A DNA stretch of 64,000 nt from Klebsormidium nitens (lineage: Eukaryota; Plantae; Klebsormidiophyceae). The stretch lies in assembly GCA_000708835.1 (NCBI GenBank), contig DF237049.1:139531-203530 (forward strand), given 5' to 3'. A program made the position numbers and the translations under genes. Positions 22,994 to 40,262 of this stretch are shown here, in pieces. Every line of letters starts with the position of its first letter. The stretch's first letter is position 1. Under the pieces are notes generated by a model. The model ran no database searches. It worked only from the letters and a program-made list of their open reading frames with translations, and had not been told where the DNA came from.

Positions 22994-24810
22994 ATGGCAG
23001 ATGACGAGCGGCGGCCGCGGCGGCGCAAGGTGACGGCCTGGAACATTTTTAGCCCCCTGCTGCGCTTCTTTCAGCTGGCGACCCTCATCTGCTCTTTCAG
23101 GTAAGGCGAACGCTCCGTCTATGAAAACGAGGTCCAAGAAAAGAACAAGTGAGTTTCTATCATTTCTCTAGAACTTAGGCCTATGCTGCAGCGTGGTATG
23201 AAACGGGCCGCAAGGAAGTGGCGATAGGGCACGGGGAGGCAGCCCAATAATCTGCTATTCATTGCTGCCCGGGGCAACAGCAATTAGGTCACATGCTCTT
23301 CAAAAGAAAACCTCAACAGGACTTGTAGCCTTTTCTACCGCAATTTTGACTGCACGCTCGCTTGAAAGAGGATTCGATGCAAGATTTCAGTGCTCCAAGT
23401 TTACCCACAATCTGCAAACCATCCCCTTCGCCAGGAATCCTCTTCACTTCTTCACGCAGACCATTTTAAATGCTTTCGGTCTCCCCTTAAAAAAAATCGC
23501 CTCCTTTCCCCGGAACAAGTGCGCGCTCTCTCTTCAGCACCTCACCCCCCTTCTTCTCTTTTGCCACGCCGCAGCGTGCTGGTGCGGTCGAGCACCAACG
23601 GCATCAACTGGAGGCAGTACCAGGGCTTCAAGTTTCTGCTGTCCGGCACAGTCATCGCCGCCTTCTGGGCGCTCTGCATGCTTATCTACGACCTCTTCCG
23701 CCTCTGCCTCGGCCGGGGCCTCCCCGGCCTGGGGGCACTCGCCCTCGTCGTCCTCGGAGAATGGGTGAGCCACTCACTACCCTTTATTGTCAGAGAGTGG
23801 ATCATTTGGTTCAACTTCTTTGTTCCAAGAGCTGCTCGCATCTCCAGCGAACCGGATTGCAGCAGAGAGTGAGCGGCGCGAAGGAAGGGGAGCTGTCAGC
23901 TCCGGCCTCAAGGCATTTTCCGACGCTCGAAACTGGGCTATCTGAGGCTTCGTATTTCTTTTCTGCCAGTTGTCGGCCCCCACTGGTAGACGTAAACGAA
24001 CTATAACGTAACAAGCTCAAAGCGAGTCGATCCTGTCGCTTCTTTACCCGCACACCATCTCCAGCGATTCTGCTTCTCATGTTGCCTGCTTGCATACTGG
24101 CGCCCCATCGATTGACCCCCGTCTCCGTGGTGGCAGATCGCTCTTCTGATGACATACGGCGCGGGGTGCGCGGGCGCGGGGCTGACGACGTTCAACGACG
24201 AGGGCGCGTTCCCGTTCCGTCAGGCCGCCTGCGAGGGCTCCACCCCCTTCAACAGCTTCTGCGCGCGCACGAAGGCCTCCGTCGCTGTGAGTGCCCTCCC
24301 TTCACATGAGTGGCCTCCCCTCAACCGGAATCTGTGCACAGAACATGGTCCAAATTTGCCTTTCCCTGCTCATCCACCTGCCGTCCTCCACTTACGCTAC
24401 TACGTAACAACCCGTAAAAGAGGGAAAAGGGCCACACGGCACCTATCCCTATTGCAGACTGTGGTTCCCGCAGGGCACGGCGACGCGGAACATTTCGTTC
24501 TGCCCCTGGGTCTAACGACGCCCTTGTCAGACAACGTGAAATGAGTTTGTACTCTTGCTTCAAGCCTCGTTCTCCTGACCGAATTATGCGATTGGGTTGC
24601 CTGTGGCTCGCCTTAATACATTATTTTGGCACCTAGTATGAACTCTTAATGATATACTGAGAGATTCGCACTTCTTCTTTGCAGCTGGCTTTCATCGCCT
24701 TCTTCTTCTTCCTTCCCTCCGTGGTCTGGTCGTCATCCAAGCTGGCCTACAAATGCGCCGAAAGGAGAATAATTCCCGAGGACAAGGGCAAAGCAGTCGA
24801 GATGGCGTAG
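22994..24810 (+). CDS. CASPL: CASP-like four-TM protein with a short N-terminus, 4 exons
   Basis: Exons: 22994-23100, 23575-23764, 24137-24286, 24685-24810. PLLRFFQLATLICSFSVLV, WRQYQGFKFLLSGTVIAAFW, GEWIALLMTYGAGCAGAGLTTFND, ACEGSTPFNSFCARTKASVALAFIAFFF. Confidence 0.87.
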
Positions 24811-26294
24811 GCGAAGGCTATCTGGCAAATTAGCCGACAGAGATTGTTTGATCAAGTCTGCATAACACGCATGACTAAATGCGTCAAGCCCGGCCCAGAC
24901 GTTCGGACTCCACGTATTCAAGAACGTCAACTGGCTTGGGTTAGCTGTTGGCAGGATGACCCGTCTGTAACGATTGCTCATCATTCTTAGTAAAGAGCAA
25001 TCAACGCTGTCAATGGATCGTATCTGGCGCGCGCAAAAGCTTACATGGGTAGTGTTCGTCGCGCCACGGTGATGTCTGTGGTAGGCCAGGATGGTGACAC
25101 GGCATGCCATATGACAGACCTCTTTCTCGCGCCCCCACGCTGTAAGGTGTGCGTGTGCAGCCGCCTAGCTGGTGCAGCATGTTTGAAGAGTTCATTCACC
25201 GTGTCTCTATCAGGATGTGGCGTGGTACGTCCACAATACTGTTAGCCAAGGATCGAGGCCGTTTGCAAGGACGTGCGTGCATTGCCTTGACGGTTGCAGT
25301 ATGCTGCATAACTCAGATGGGCTTCTATATCAAACGAGCAGGCCACAATGAGTCTGAAACCGTACATCAGCCGCAGACGCACGCCCAAACACAAACAACA
25401 TTATAATCCGCACGTACCTTTGATAGCATCGATTTAATGCCGCCATTATCGCAATTGCAGTCCCACACCGGAAAACGTACATGCTACAATACCTATTATC
25501 AAAGTGAGCTTCTTGTCACGGTGAATTCATGTGCATACCGACTTTAGAAAATATGCACTGGCACCGTACGTGGGTACGTGGGCCGGTCGTATCCACGAGC
25601 ATCAAGCGTCCCTCTTCTTCGCATCACTCAAGTCGAGGCGACAGTGAAGAATTCTGACCGATTGGCAGCTCGCCCTATTGATTTCGTCCAATCAGGACCC
25701 ATGATCTTGCATTGTGAAGAGGTTGACCATGCAGTGCAGACTGCCTGAGCCCAAATAGCAGGGCGCGCGTGTCAAGGTTGCATCATTTAGAAGTCTTCCA
25801 AAATAGGAAACCCAAAGCGTTCACTTCGAGCTTATCGGTGGTCGATATATGTACAGGCAGCAACAGGTTACAAAAGAGATCTCCCAACTTTGTCAGGCAG
25901 TACGTAAAACTCGATTCCCGTACTGCGCATGTGTAATTGTAACCTGATTGGGTTGCACCATGGGCACAGCACAGCACAACAGCAATTCGCATCCGATAAC
26001 GACTTCTCTGGAAAAAGCTTGTGCTCAACTTGCACTGGCCGTTTTCTTTCCCCCATACTTCCTGTGCCTCTCCTTCTTTTTCCTTCTAGCCAGCTGCGCT
26101 TCAGTCAACTGTCGTCCGTTTCTACTGGCTGTTGCACGCGTCTTTACCCCAGCCAACCCAGCTTCGACGACCGGAACTTCCCCAACAACTTGCGTCGATT
26201 CCCCTTCGGCAAAAGTATCTTTGGCAGTTGTCGAGCCTCCTTCGAGACTCACGTCAGCCGGTGAGCCCAACCCTTGCTGGAGGTGGTCACTTGG

Positions 26295-27956
26295 TCAAGC
26301 TTCAGCGCTGGTCCCCGTCCTCTTCCTGTCCGTCAACACGACCCGCAGATCGCCAACTGCCTCCCCTTGCCCCTTTTGCGGCAACTTGTCGCAGAGGTCC
26401 TCCACCTCCGCCCCTCTGCCCTGTGGAGACTTGTCCTGCCCCGACAATCGTCTCCTCTCTCTTAAAAACGCTCCATGCGGGTTGACGTCAATCTGCCGCC
26501 TCTCTACCTCCCTTGCAAACTCCAACTCAAGCGCACCGTCTTCTCCTCCGACCACTTTCACTTTTCCCTCACCTCCCTTTCGAGTCCTCCGAGTGCCCCC
26601 AACACTCAACTCCGCAGCGCCCTCGCCCCGCCCACCTCTGTGTCTCTGCAGTGCCTGGTGCACTGCGTGCGACACCCAGGCGTCCGTTGCTGCGTACGTG
26701 ACCTGCTTCTGGTCCAGGTCCTGCTCCCAGTTGCTCATGGTCACCCGCTTGTTCTTCACCCAATCCTTGCGCAGCACCGCCATCGACAGTGCGCGCAGCC
26801 CCGCCTGCCGCAGCTCTGGCCGCCCCAGCACCTCCCCCGCCAGCACCGCCAGCTCCACCGCCCCGTCGCACTCCAGCCCGTAGTCGCGCGCCAGCTTGCG
26901 CAGGTCCTCCCGCACGCCCACGCCTGGCGGGCATCGAACGACTTCAGAATCAGAACATGCATCTTGGGGGAAGGGGGGCATGTAAGATGTCAAGCCCCAA
27001 CATACCGATTTTTGGGAGCGACAATCAGAGACCATCGTGTGTGGCCATGCGTGTGGCCCCAACATGATCCCAGAGACAGAAGGAGTCTTCCAAGACTGCC
27101 AAGAGGATCTAATCCTGAACTTGGCAAACGACCCTGCCGCACATACGCTAGGCTACTTCAGAATATTGGCACTTTCAGTCGGTTGCCTGATCTGTGAGGT
27201 TGAAATAAAACCAGCTGTCTGCACTACAGGGCAGTGATGCAATTCTGTGGTAGACAAGGGGGCGACGCGCACCTGATAGTGCCACCTCAGGTGCGGCCAA
27301 GAGCCTCCTGAGGCCTTCTGGTATGGTGGCCATGCGCTGCATCTGAATGAGGAGGCAGTGCCGCAGCGTGGACAGCTGCAGCAGCGCCACCGGGTTCTCC
27401 CTGCCAACGGCACCACCACCATCAGCAATGGCGCACTGGGGGGTGAGATCAGCAAGCAGGATGCATCAAGGCCGCAGTCGAGACTCTTATAGCAAGCTAT
27501 GGAAAGTCTGCTGAGCCTTCTCTCAGACTGGCAGCATTTCAATGGAGCCAAAAGAGAGGAACCCAGGTCCACCACAAGAAAGGCGGCCGCGAACCTGCGC
27601 CAGCACGCCGACGCAGTTTGTCATCCAAGGTTGTGATGCAGCTACCTGGCGCCCCTCTTGAACGTTGGCTTCCACTCCACGTCCAGCCCAAAGCTCTCCG
27701 CCATGTGCGCGCTGACCCACTGCTCCACCCTCATGGCCTCGTTGGTCAGCGTCACCTCTACATCATTCTCGAGGATGCAGTACTGCTTCACAACAGTGGC
27801 CACCCGGTGGTGCTGGCTAGCACCCGCGCCATGCTCCTCTGCTTGCGCCCCCGCAGCTGCCTTCTGCCTTTTGCTGGGCCGCTTTCTCTTCATTTCTTTG
27901 ACGTCTGGGCTGCAAGCTGTAACACCAGACGGGTATCGAAACAATGCAGCCGCCAT
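26295..27956 (-). CDS. DEDDy 3'-5' exonuclease, Werner-syndrome exonuclease (WRNexo/WEX)-like, 3 exons
   Basis: Exons: 27646-27956, 27273-27400, 26295-26923. ExoI FGLDVEWKP, NPVALLQLS, ExoII GVGVREDLRKL, GLRALS..VL, VTMSNWE..L...QVTYAATDA (ExoIII). The catalytic residues are intact. The true C-terminus is uncertain (see findings). Confidence 0.92.
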
Positions 27957-29072
27957 AGAATGTGTACACACTCTGTATGCACAGGCCCTCCAACTTTCCA
28001 ATGCTCCGCGATCCGGCCTTGTATGACCTTGAATGGGCTTGAATGGGCGCTTGTGCTGTTGTTATTAGTAGGTAATTTGGTATGCGTTCAACGCGAGTAT
28101 GAGGCTGGCATTGTTTGAAGTTTGAACTTTGAATCGATGTTCGAGACTTGATATTGATTCTGTCTGCACAGCCGCATATGCAGGTCCTCGGATGAAAATG
28201 ATGGACGGCTGGATGCAAACCAAAAATCGCCACCAGCCATAACAAGATAACACGTCAGCATCTGAAAGATTTTCCAAGGGGTCGGTGAGGCTTCGCTGGC
28301 CCTATGATGGCCCTGGCTGGTTTTGGGGTTTTAGGGGCGGGGACTCGGGAGTCCATGATGTCCATCGACCGAAGACTGGCTCTTTTAAGCTTACAAGGTC
28401 TTCAATGGCGCGCATGCTGATTTCTAGCACGAGTCACCGTCAAGTTGAGCTCTGCAAGATTCACACATCCGCACAGATACCGAGAACATGCACCAACGCC
28501 GGCAGCATGACATATGGTAGGTGGAGGTCGCAGAATTAATTGGCGGTTGCAATACATGCTAATATTGTGTTATCTGTGTACCTTTGGAAAAGTTGCACAT
28601 GGCAGCTGTCACAGTGAACCCAGTCGTAGTCGCCCGCAGTCTTCAAGCGGCCTTTCCGTATAACATATACAGTATAACTTTTGACTCATGAGGACGGACA
28701 CACTTAATTAGCCACCGCAATTGCACCATGCAATCTCATGCCACTGTGTTGCACTTACATCGATGGGACTTTATTGCCTGCAGTCCTCAACAAGGCAAAC
28801 CGCCCACCTCAAATGTCGAACATGGATGACAGCATGTTCGAAGTCTCCTTACGAAACCCAATGTTAATCGTAGCTCAAACGATAAATATATGTATGCCAT
28901 GGAAGCCTATTGTCCATGTGACTAGGGCGTTTTGGAAAGAGAACATTGTCGCAGTCTTCATTGGGCCATACGAAGGTCGATCAATACGCCTTGAGGCGAC
29001 CGAAGCGTTCTGCATTGTAAAACGCAGACTGACGGTAAGTTGCAATGGGGAGGGTCTTGAGGCAATAGTATC

Positions 29073-32000
29073 TTAGCTGGAAAGGGGGCTGTTCGTGAGT
29101 TCACTTGTATGCATTGGCCTTCTTGAATTCCCAAACTTTTTCCGGAAGTCGGCAAAGCAGCGTTCGAGGCGGGTGATGAAGGTGTCCACCTCTTCGCATG
29201 TCGACCCTATTGCAGCCGCCGCAGTCATGTACGAGTAGGGGAACCTGCAAAGCGCTTTCATCCTTTAGCGCCTCACTTGGCCGGCTCACGTCCTCTTTCC
29301 AAATGTCAAGACTAGTGTCTTATTTCATCAAGTCGGGCTGCATGTTCTTCATTCTCTCGGGACGTGCACACAACAGCACCAAGGCACTGAATCGTGTGAA
29401 AGAATCCGTTCAATGTTCAGTCTTTCCACGCAGGAGTCGACTGTGCTTGAAGCTAATCCCCCACAGATTGTCCAATGGATATCCAAACGGTCGAAGCTTT
29501 TGAAAGAGACGAGGGCTGAGATTAACACTGTCGATCGCACTTATCCGTAGACAAAAATTGTCGGCGCCCCAGTATGTTGCTTACTTGTCGTATGACGATC
29601 CGAAGCCAGCAAAAGGGATCCCTTCGATGACTTTGTCGTCTCCCCTTGGAATGACCCGACTCCCGGAGACGCACCTGCAAGCCCTGACCTTAGTTTGAGT
29701 ACACGGGACCGCTGGTCTACGAACTCTGTTGAACCGTCAAGGCATTGTCTCTTCAGAAGCCGACACGAAAGATTCAAGACCATCAACCAGTTAAAGAGTA
29801 GAGAAGGGGAAGATACACAGGAGAAGCACGACTTTTACCCGTGTGCAGGCATTGGAGAGGGCACGTACCTGGCAAAGAGCATGGAGCCAAAGAACGTGAG
29901 CTGCGAGGACGGCTTGCGGCCTCCTCCTTGCGTGGCCGGCCTTCCGGCCCCATCTGGACCTGATGCGTCCGCGTCCCCTGGCTCCGCAGGCTCCCCTCCG
30001 GAGTCTACTCCAGCGGAAACGGAGCCCTCGTCCTCGCGTACATGCCCCGAGACCGACCCGCCTGCTTCATCGTGTTCAGGCAGGCGCTGCCGAAGTTCTG
30101 CAGTCTCCTCGCTTGGGTGTGCGCAATCCCCGTCCTCACGCCGCAGCTGGGCTGCCTCCGTAACCCCTTGCGTGTACTCGCCAGTCGCAGCAGTGTCTCG
30201 TCCACCCACGGCCCCCTCTCGAGCGCCCTCCGGAGGAGCTGATGTCACCCCTTCCTCAGCATGGGTGTTCCCAGTGCTTCGGGCAGTTGACTCGGCTGTC
30301 ACGGAAGCTGGGCCTATGTCTGAGGCGGCTGGCTGCAAAGGGACGGCACCGACAGGTTCCTGACGGTTTCCAAGTGAAACCTGTCCAGGGGCAGCAGCGG
30401 CACAGGGCTTCGTTGTGCTTTGAACCGGCTGCCGCAAGTCGAGGGTGGTGAGGGTGAGGGCCAGCGAGATGGGGTTGTCGGGGGTGTGCAACAGCCGCTC
30501 GCCTGCACAACAGACCGCCCAAACCACAGTCAGACCCGGTGGCTGGAATCCTGACGTAGTGGTCAGAAACCCTTTCGTGAGCTTGCTGGACACGCCCAAA
30601 ACCGAGAGTAAGGGCAAAACAACTCGTTCGAACGATTACGAGGTCCGGGGTGAGCCACAGCGAGACTCTCGTTCATTCGACGTGCACATAGGGTTCGATG
30701 CTGAGTGGTCCGAGCAGACAAAGGGTCGCAGCCTTTAAAGCGCAGCCTGACCGGTGTGTGTGCACAGCTTCCTTCCAACCCAACAACCGTGCATGTGCTT
30801 GTACTCGCCCAAGATTTCGCGACAAGCAGGTCGTCAATTTGCGCACGGAGGCCCCGCTTATTGCCCGCTTAATAACAGGGCAACAGGGGTCGCACCGCTA
30901 CTGCTGATAGCAAGGAGACGGAACTTGATTTATATCCGAAAGAGCTCCAGGTTAAGTTGAAGTCCGCCTAGTTACCTTGCGCTTCAGCCACGTGGGTCAG
31001 CCGCTGCTTGAGGTAGGCGTACGTCACTTCTCGATCAGCCAGGACCTTCTTCCAGCCTGGACACCCAAGTGCGCCAAAAGAGTACGGGTCAAAGGAGAGC
31101 TGGAGAAACGAAACTCTTGAGCATGTAAGTCTCGTGCTTCGAGATAAAGCAGAGAAATGGTACCGACTCAGTGCAACAAATCGCAAGTAGTCTCTCGTGA
31201 AAACGTGATCAACAAGTCAGCCTGCAAACGTCGAGATGCTAGGCTCCCCACAGCGGAGGAGAGTGGCTAAGATTCCTGGTTGTGGGTTGTGGGTTGTGAG
31301 TTCTGAAAGATACGCTGTTCAAGCGGATCTGACCTGGTTCGAACGGCGCCTATGCGGCCGGACCTTAGCTAAGAAGTGATGGGAAGCTTCGCGAAAGTCT
31401 CCGGCACCCAACGACTTGTCAGAACCTACGAACTTGATTGACTCGAAGCGTCTGCAAGTACTACAGGAGCTAATCCACCGATGACCAAGACGTCTCGACC
31501 TCTCGTGTGCTTCGACGGCATGGACCGGTGCAATTGCAGTCAACGGGATACAGAATTTGTTCCCGCCTGTCTTTCCAAGGGAGAGTAGCGTGATGAAGAC
31601 ATCCATGAGTGGCGACATGGATGCCCGGCCGGGGTAGGCGCGGTTCATAGCGTCCACCAGGGAACACTCGCGCGACCCAGCCGCAATCACAGCACCGCCA
31701 ACCTACGCAAGGCGTGGAAGAGTGGCTTTGAGCACTTGTGATCGAAGTTGAAGCAATATCGGAGCAAGCACTTTCTCTCAAAGAACTTCGTGTGCAGGTT
31801 TCCAATCCAGCAAACAAGTTCAATGAACCAGGTAAACAAACGGTTGTAGTCGAGCTGTTGCTCGAACGTTTGTCTCTCGATCGACGAGCTTGCAGTTGGC
31901 AGACTTACCGGGACCAGGAAGTTCTTGTCCGTGCTCTGAATGACGGCATCAACACGCCCGCGACGCCAGGCTTGGGTGATGGAGCCGCAGATCACTGCAC

Positions 32001-34830
32001 ACTGCCTCATAACTTTTTAGATGGGGACTGCAGCGCTTCACTATCTTAGGGGGCCACGTATGGCGCTATTTGAGATGCCAAGAGACTGGTCAACAATCCT
32101 CCTACTACATCTTGGGCAGGTCGTGGACAAGAAAAGAGTGGCTATCAAGCATGACAGTGTTGGGTCTGAGTAGATTCAGGGCTAGGGCGTACCTGGACTC
32201 CGTATGCATTGTTGATAATATGCCCCACTCCGAGTTTCTGGCAAAGCTTCGCAACCTCCTCGACCCTGCAGGCGCCCTAACATTAGCTACCGCCTGAAAA
32301 GTTGTATGCTTCACCCAACCAGAGGTGTTTTGACAGCAGGATGGGAACCGAACGAACACTGCGTTCCACACGACAGGACGGGCATCGAGCGGCTACTTCT
32401 AGGGGGGACTTCAAAGCTTTTTCAACATCACGAGTTGGTTGGGTCATCAAACCTGGTAGCTACAGTCTGAGGGTTCGCCCTTGAAGTGTTACTCAACCAC
32501 AGTACTGCTTAGGCACTCACAAAAATCCCTCAACCTCGTCAGGCTGTAAGACCAGCTTTTGAAATGTGAGAAGCCATCCAAAGCCCCCGGTGATTTAAGC
32601 ATGCGGACTTGAAGATGGAGCAAGGTGGAAAGGTCCTCCTCGGAGAACTCACCGGTCGGGGGCCCGAGTGGCAAAGCAGCTGGTGGTAGTGAGGACGCAC
32701 ACAATCTGGTCGCTGCCAAGCTCCGCACTCTTGGCCTGGATCGCCGCCACATCCGTTCGGAGTTGGTCACCCTCTAGCCGGTTCGGGATGACCACCACTT
32801 CTAGCCCCGCGGCCAGGATGCACTTGAGGCACGACTTCTGGTCCATGCGCGGCCACAGCACGTACCTGGGGTGAGCAAATCCAAGATAGATCACAGCTTT
32901 CGATGGAATATCCATGAACAAGACTTGGGAAACAAGGCTCGTCTCTTGAAATATGCGCCCCAGGTATTCCCTTTGGATATCCAGCACCATGAATAGTGAA
33001 TGCTTGAGGGGAAACTCTCTAAGGAGAGTGTGTCAAGTGCCTAGAAGCCAAAGTAAGAACTCGAGCTACTGACCGGCGCTCTCACAATTGACCAGATTCC
33101 ATACTGTGGGCGAACCAAAACTTCCACTGGATTGGAGTCCTTCGAAAATGGTAAAACATTGTAGCCCCAACAATCTCTTAGCCTTGAGACCCCCGGACAA
33201 CAACCAATTGTGCTAACTTCCGACTAGCTACATAGCCAAGGAAATTGAGGAATTCAGGTAAAGTAAAGCTAACAGCTTGCTCTTAACCGCAATTCAAATT
33301 TGGCAAGCGAGGTGCATGCCTTTTATTCATATGATGATTGATAGGAAGCTTTTTCAGGCCTGCATCACTCACCGAGCAGCTGGGGGCCTTCTCTTCTTGA
33401 GTGCCATCAGCGACAGCATGAGCGTCATCCCGGTTGCCAGTGGCAGCACTGACACTGCGCCAATGTCTTTCAACCCAGCGATCTCCAGGGAGTCCTTCAC
33501 CAGGGCGTTACTCAGCTTGGCCAGGAGAGTGGACCCCGCCGCCTGTACAGTTGACACCGCTCATCATAAGCTGCCCAGTTTTTGCACTGTGCCCTTTCCA
33601 GTCATATTCCAGCTCTAAGATAACGGCAGAGCTTGAGCAGCCAAAAGCATGTTCTTAAAGGTTTTTAGACGTATGAGTTTGACCTCTATCTCTTCTCGAG
33701 TCACAGCAATAGTTTTTAGTAGTCCACGCCCACTCAAAGTCTGGAGAGCTCGAAGCATATTAACTTCTGGCGGAACTTCTGCATTGCTGTGAACCAACAG
33801 ATTCCCTACTTTTCAGCAAGATATCAGATTGAGGCGTCAGTGGAAAGTTTACCTTGGGCTGCTCATCCGTGATGCTTCCAGACCGCCCAATGCCATGTGC
33901 CATGCCGTAGTGCCTCTTCCACACCAGCGGACTTGCACACTTGGCCTCCCGCTCGCCCATGCCCACGTTGTCCAGGAAGTTGTTGCTGTCCATCATTGAG
34001 AGGTCCTGCAAGCCGGTTGATTGTCAAAAGCACCGCATGCTCTTCGGTCTAGCTGCCCCTTATGTCAGCTCTCGTGTATCTCGAAATCCAATGATCGAAT
34101 TGCTGAAGAGAGAAGCATCCTGGAGTACCATGATTGAACTTTGCCAATCTCATGACTTGAGAAAAGTCCCAAATCGTACCTCTTTAAGGGGACACCGTTA
34201 AAAGTCGCTTCTCCAAACTCAGATTCAGTATTGAAGTAAGCATAGGCGCTTTATAAACAGGACGCCAATCAATATAAAGGGGTGAGAATGACGACCTCTC
34301 GGCCACACCTCTTTCGTAAGGAATCCAAGTCTTCAACAGTAGAGATTGCCGTGGAACGGATGTATTCGTGAATGGTCGCACGTTTAATCCAAGCAATTCG
34401 ACTTTTGTCTGAGATAAGTTCAACACGGCTTGCTTGTGCGAGGGCAATAGTACAAACAGCCGCAGTCATTGTTCCAGCCGAAGCCAATTCAGGTTGCCTA
34501 CCTGGAGAAACCACTCAATGGACGCATCATCCCAGCCCGTGTCAGGCAGACGTTTATTTGATAGCAGCGACTTGACCTGCAAGATTTGGGTACAATATCT
34601 GAGCAAAACCGTGATGGCGATCCTTGCTGACTGTGAAAACACCCAACAACAACTCGTATGTCCCAATTATCATCCGGCAAAACATGAGAATCTTCACAAA
34701 GTACAGCAAAGACTGCACAGCTTCGGGATGCTCTCACCAGGTTGTGTCGTTGTTTCAAAGCTTGCTGCCCTTGCAGCACGTACGATTTTGAGAGTAAGCT
34801 CTCAGCTAGTTGCAGGTTTGCACCGTCCAT
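29073..34830 (-). CDS. SEPSECS: O-phosphoseryl-tRNA(Sec) selenium transferase (selenocysteine synthase), 12 exons
   Basis: Exons: 34738-34830, 34502-34576, 33853-34005, 33373-33542, 32653-32865, 32193-32265, 31909-32001, 31567-31702, 30976-31056, 29869-30502, 29585-29674, 29073-29244. Motifs MDSNNF...[50 protein letters not shown] (PLP lysine), [34 protein letters not shown]. Confidence 0.96.
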
Positions 34831-35612
34831 CGATACAACGATAATTCTCAAAAGTGGTCATCCATTCACGCAAGACCGTACTGTTTTCTTTGTGCTACTA
34901 GGTAGTGTATTGTTAAATCAAGCTTCAAAAATGTGCCCTGTTACAACAGAGAGCAGAGCATCAGGGCCTGCGCAGTGCCCGCCATCTCAGGAGCTTGCCA
35001 ATGCAGGTGCTTTCTTGCGCCACATTGTCTATCCGAATCGCCGTTGGACGCCAATTCAGGTGGTTGCAAGCAAGCCGGCCATTGCAGCAAGCCTGGGTGA
35101 GGGGCCGAGGCCCACCTGGGCGCCACCATAATGCAGGGCACTAGATGAACAAGTGACTGCCGTCGATATGCCCCAGAACGATCGTGGGCGTCCATTAGAA
35201 GATTCTCAGCGAACAAGTCGGGTCTTCCCATGCCGTCGGTTTAAGACTTGCGTACATGTCATCAAATTTGTCGGTCAGGACCGCCCGATTGCCGGCCACG
35301 CTGGGCCACAAGCAGCTGAGAGCCGCGAGAGCCGTCCAATCACAATCACTGCTCATCGCAGCCACAGTGGGAAGGTTGGTGGGTGGATAAAGCTGGGGAA
35401 AGGCCCTGTTTTGGCAGCCGCAGACTGGTGGCAGACTTGGGTGTATGCATACGGTATGCAACTGCGAGGAGACGCCTGTGTACTTTTGGGCCTCGACTCT
35501 GGCAGTCTGGACTCTGTTCAATGTTGTCTTCCTGATTCTGGCAGGCTGTCTCTTTCTTTGCCAACGAAAGAAGCTCTGACGTTTGAAGGATCACGCATTT
35601 GAGGGAGGAGCC
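34831..35612. promoter_or_regulatory. Short divergent promoter region between SEPSECS and GAPA
   Basis: Only 782 bp separate the two oppositely oriented ATGs. No specific element identified. Confidence 0.4.

Positions 35613-40262
<4,650 letters not shown>

Noticed and set aside
25480-26024. Possible SECIS element downstream of the exonuclease UGA
   Set aside because: One ATGA-N12-AA pattern (about 25500-25530, minus strand) lacks a pairing 3' arm and a correctly placed GA quartet. SECISearch would be needed, but there is no support by eye.
25948-26883. 311-aa plus-strand ORF
   Set aside because: In-register antisense shadow of the exonuclease exon. Used only as evidence that the minus frame looks coding.
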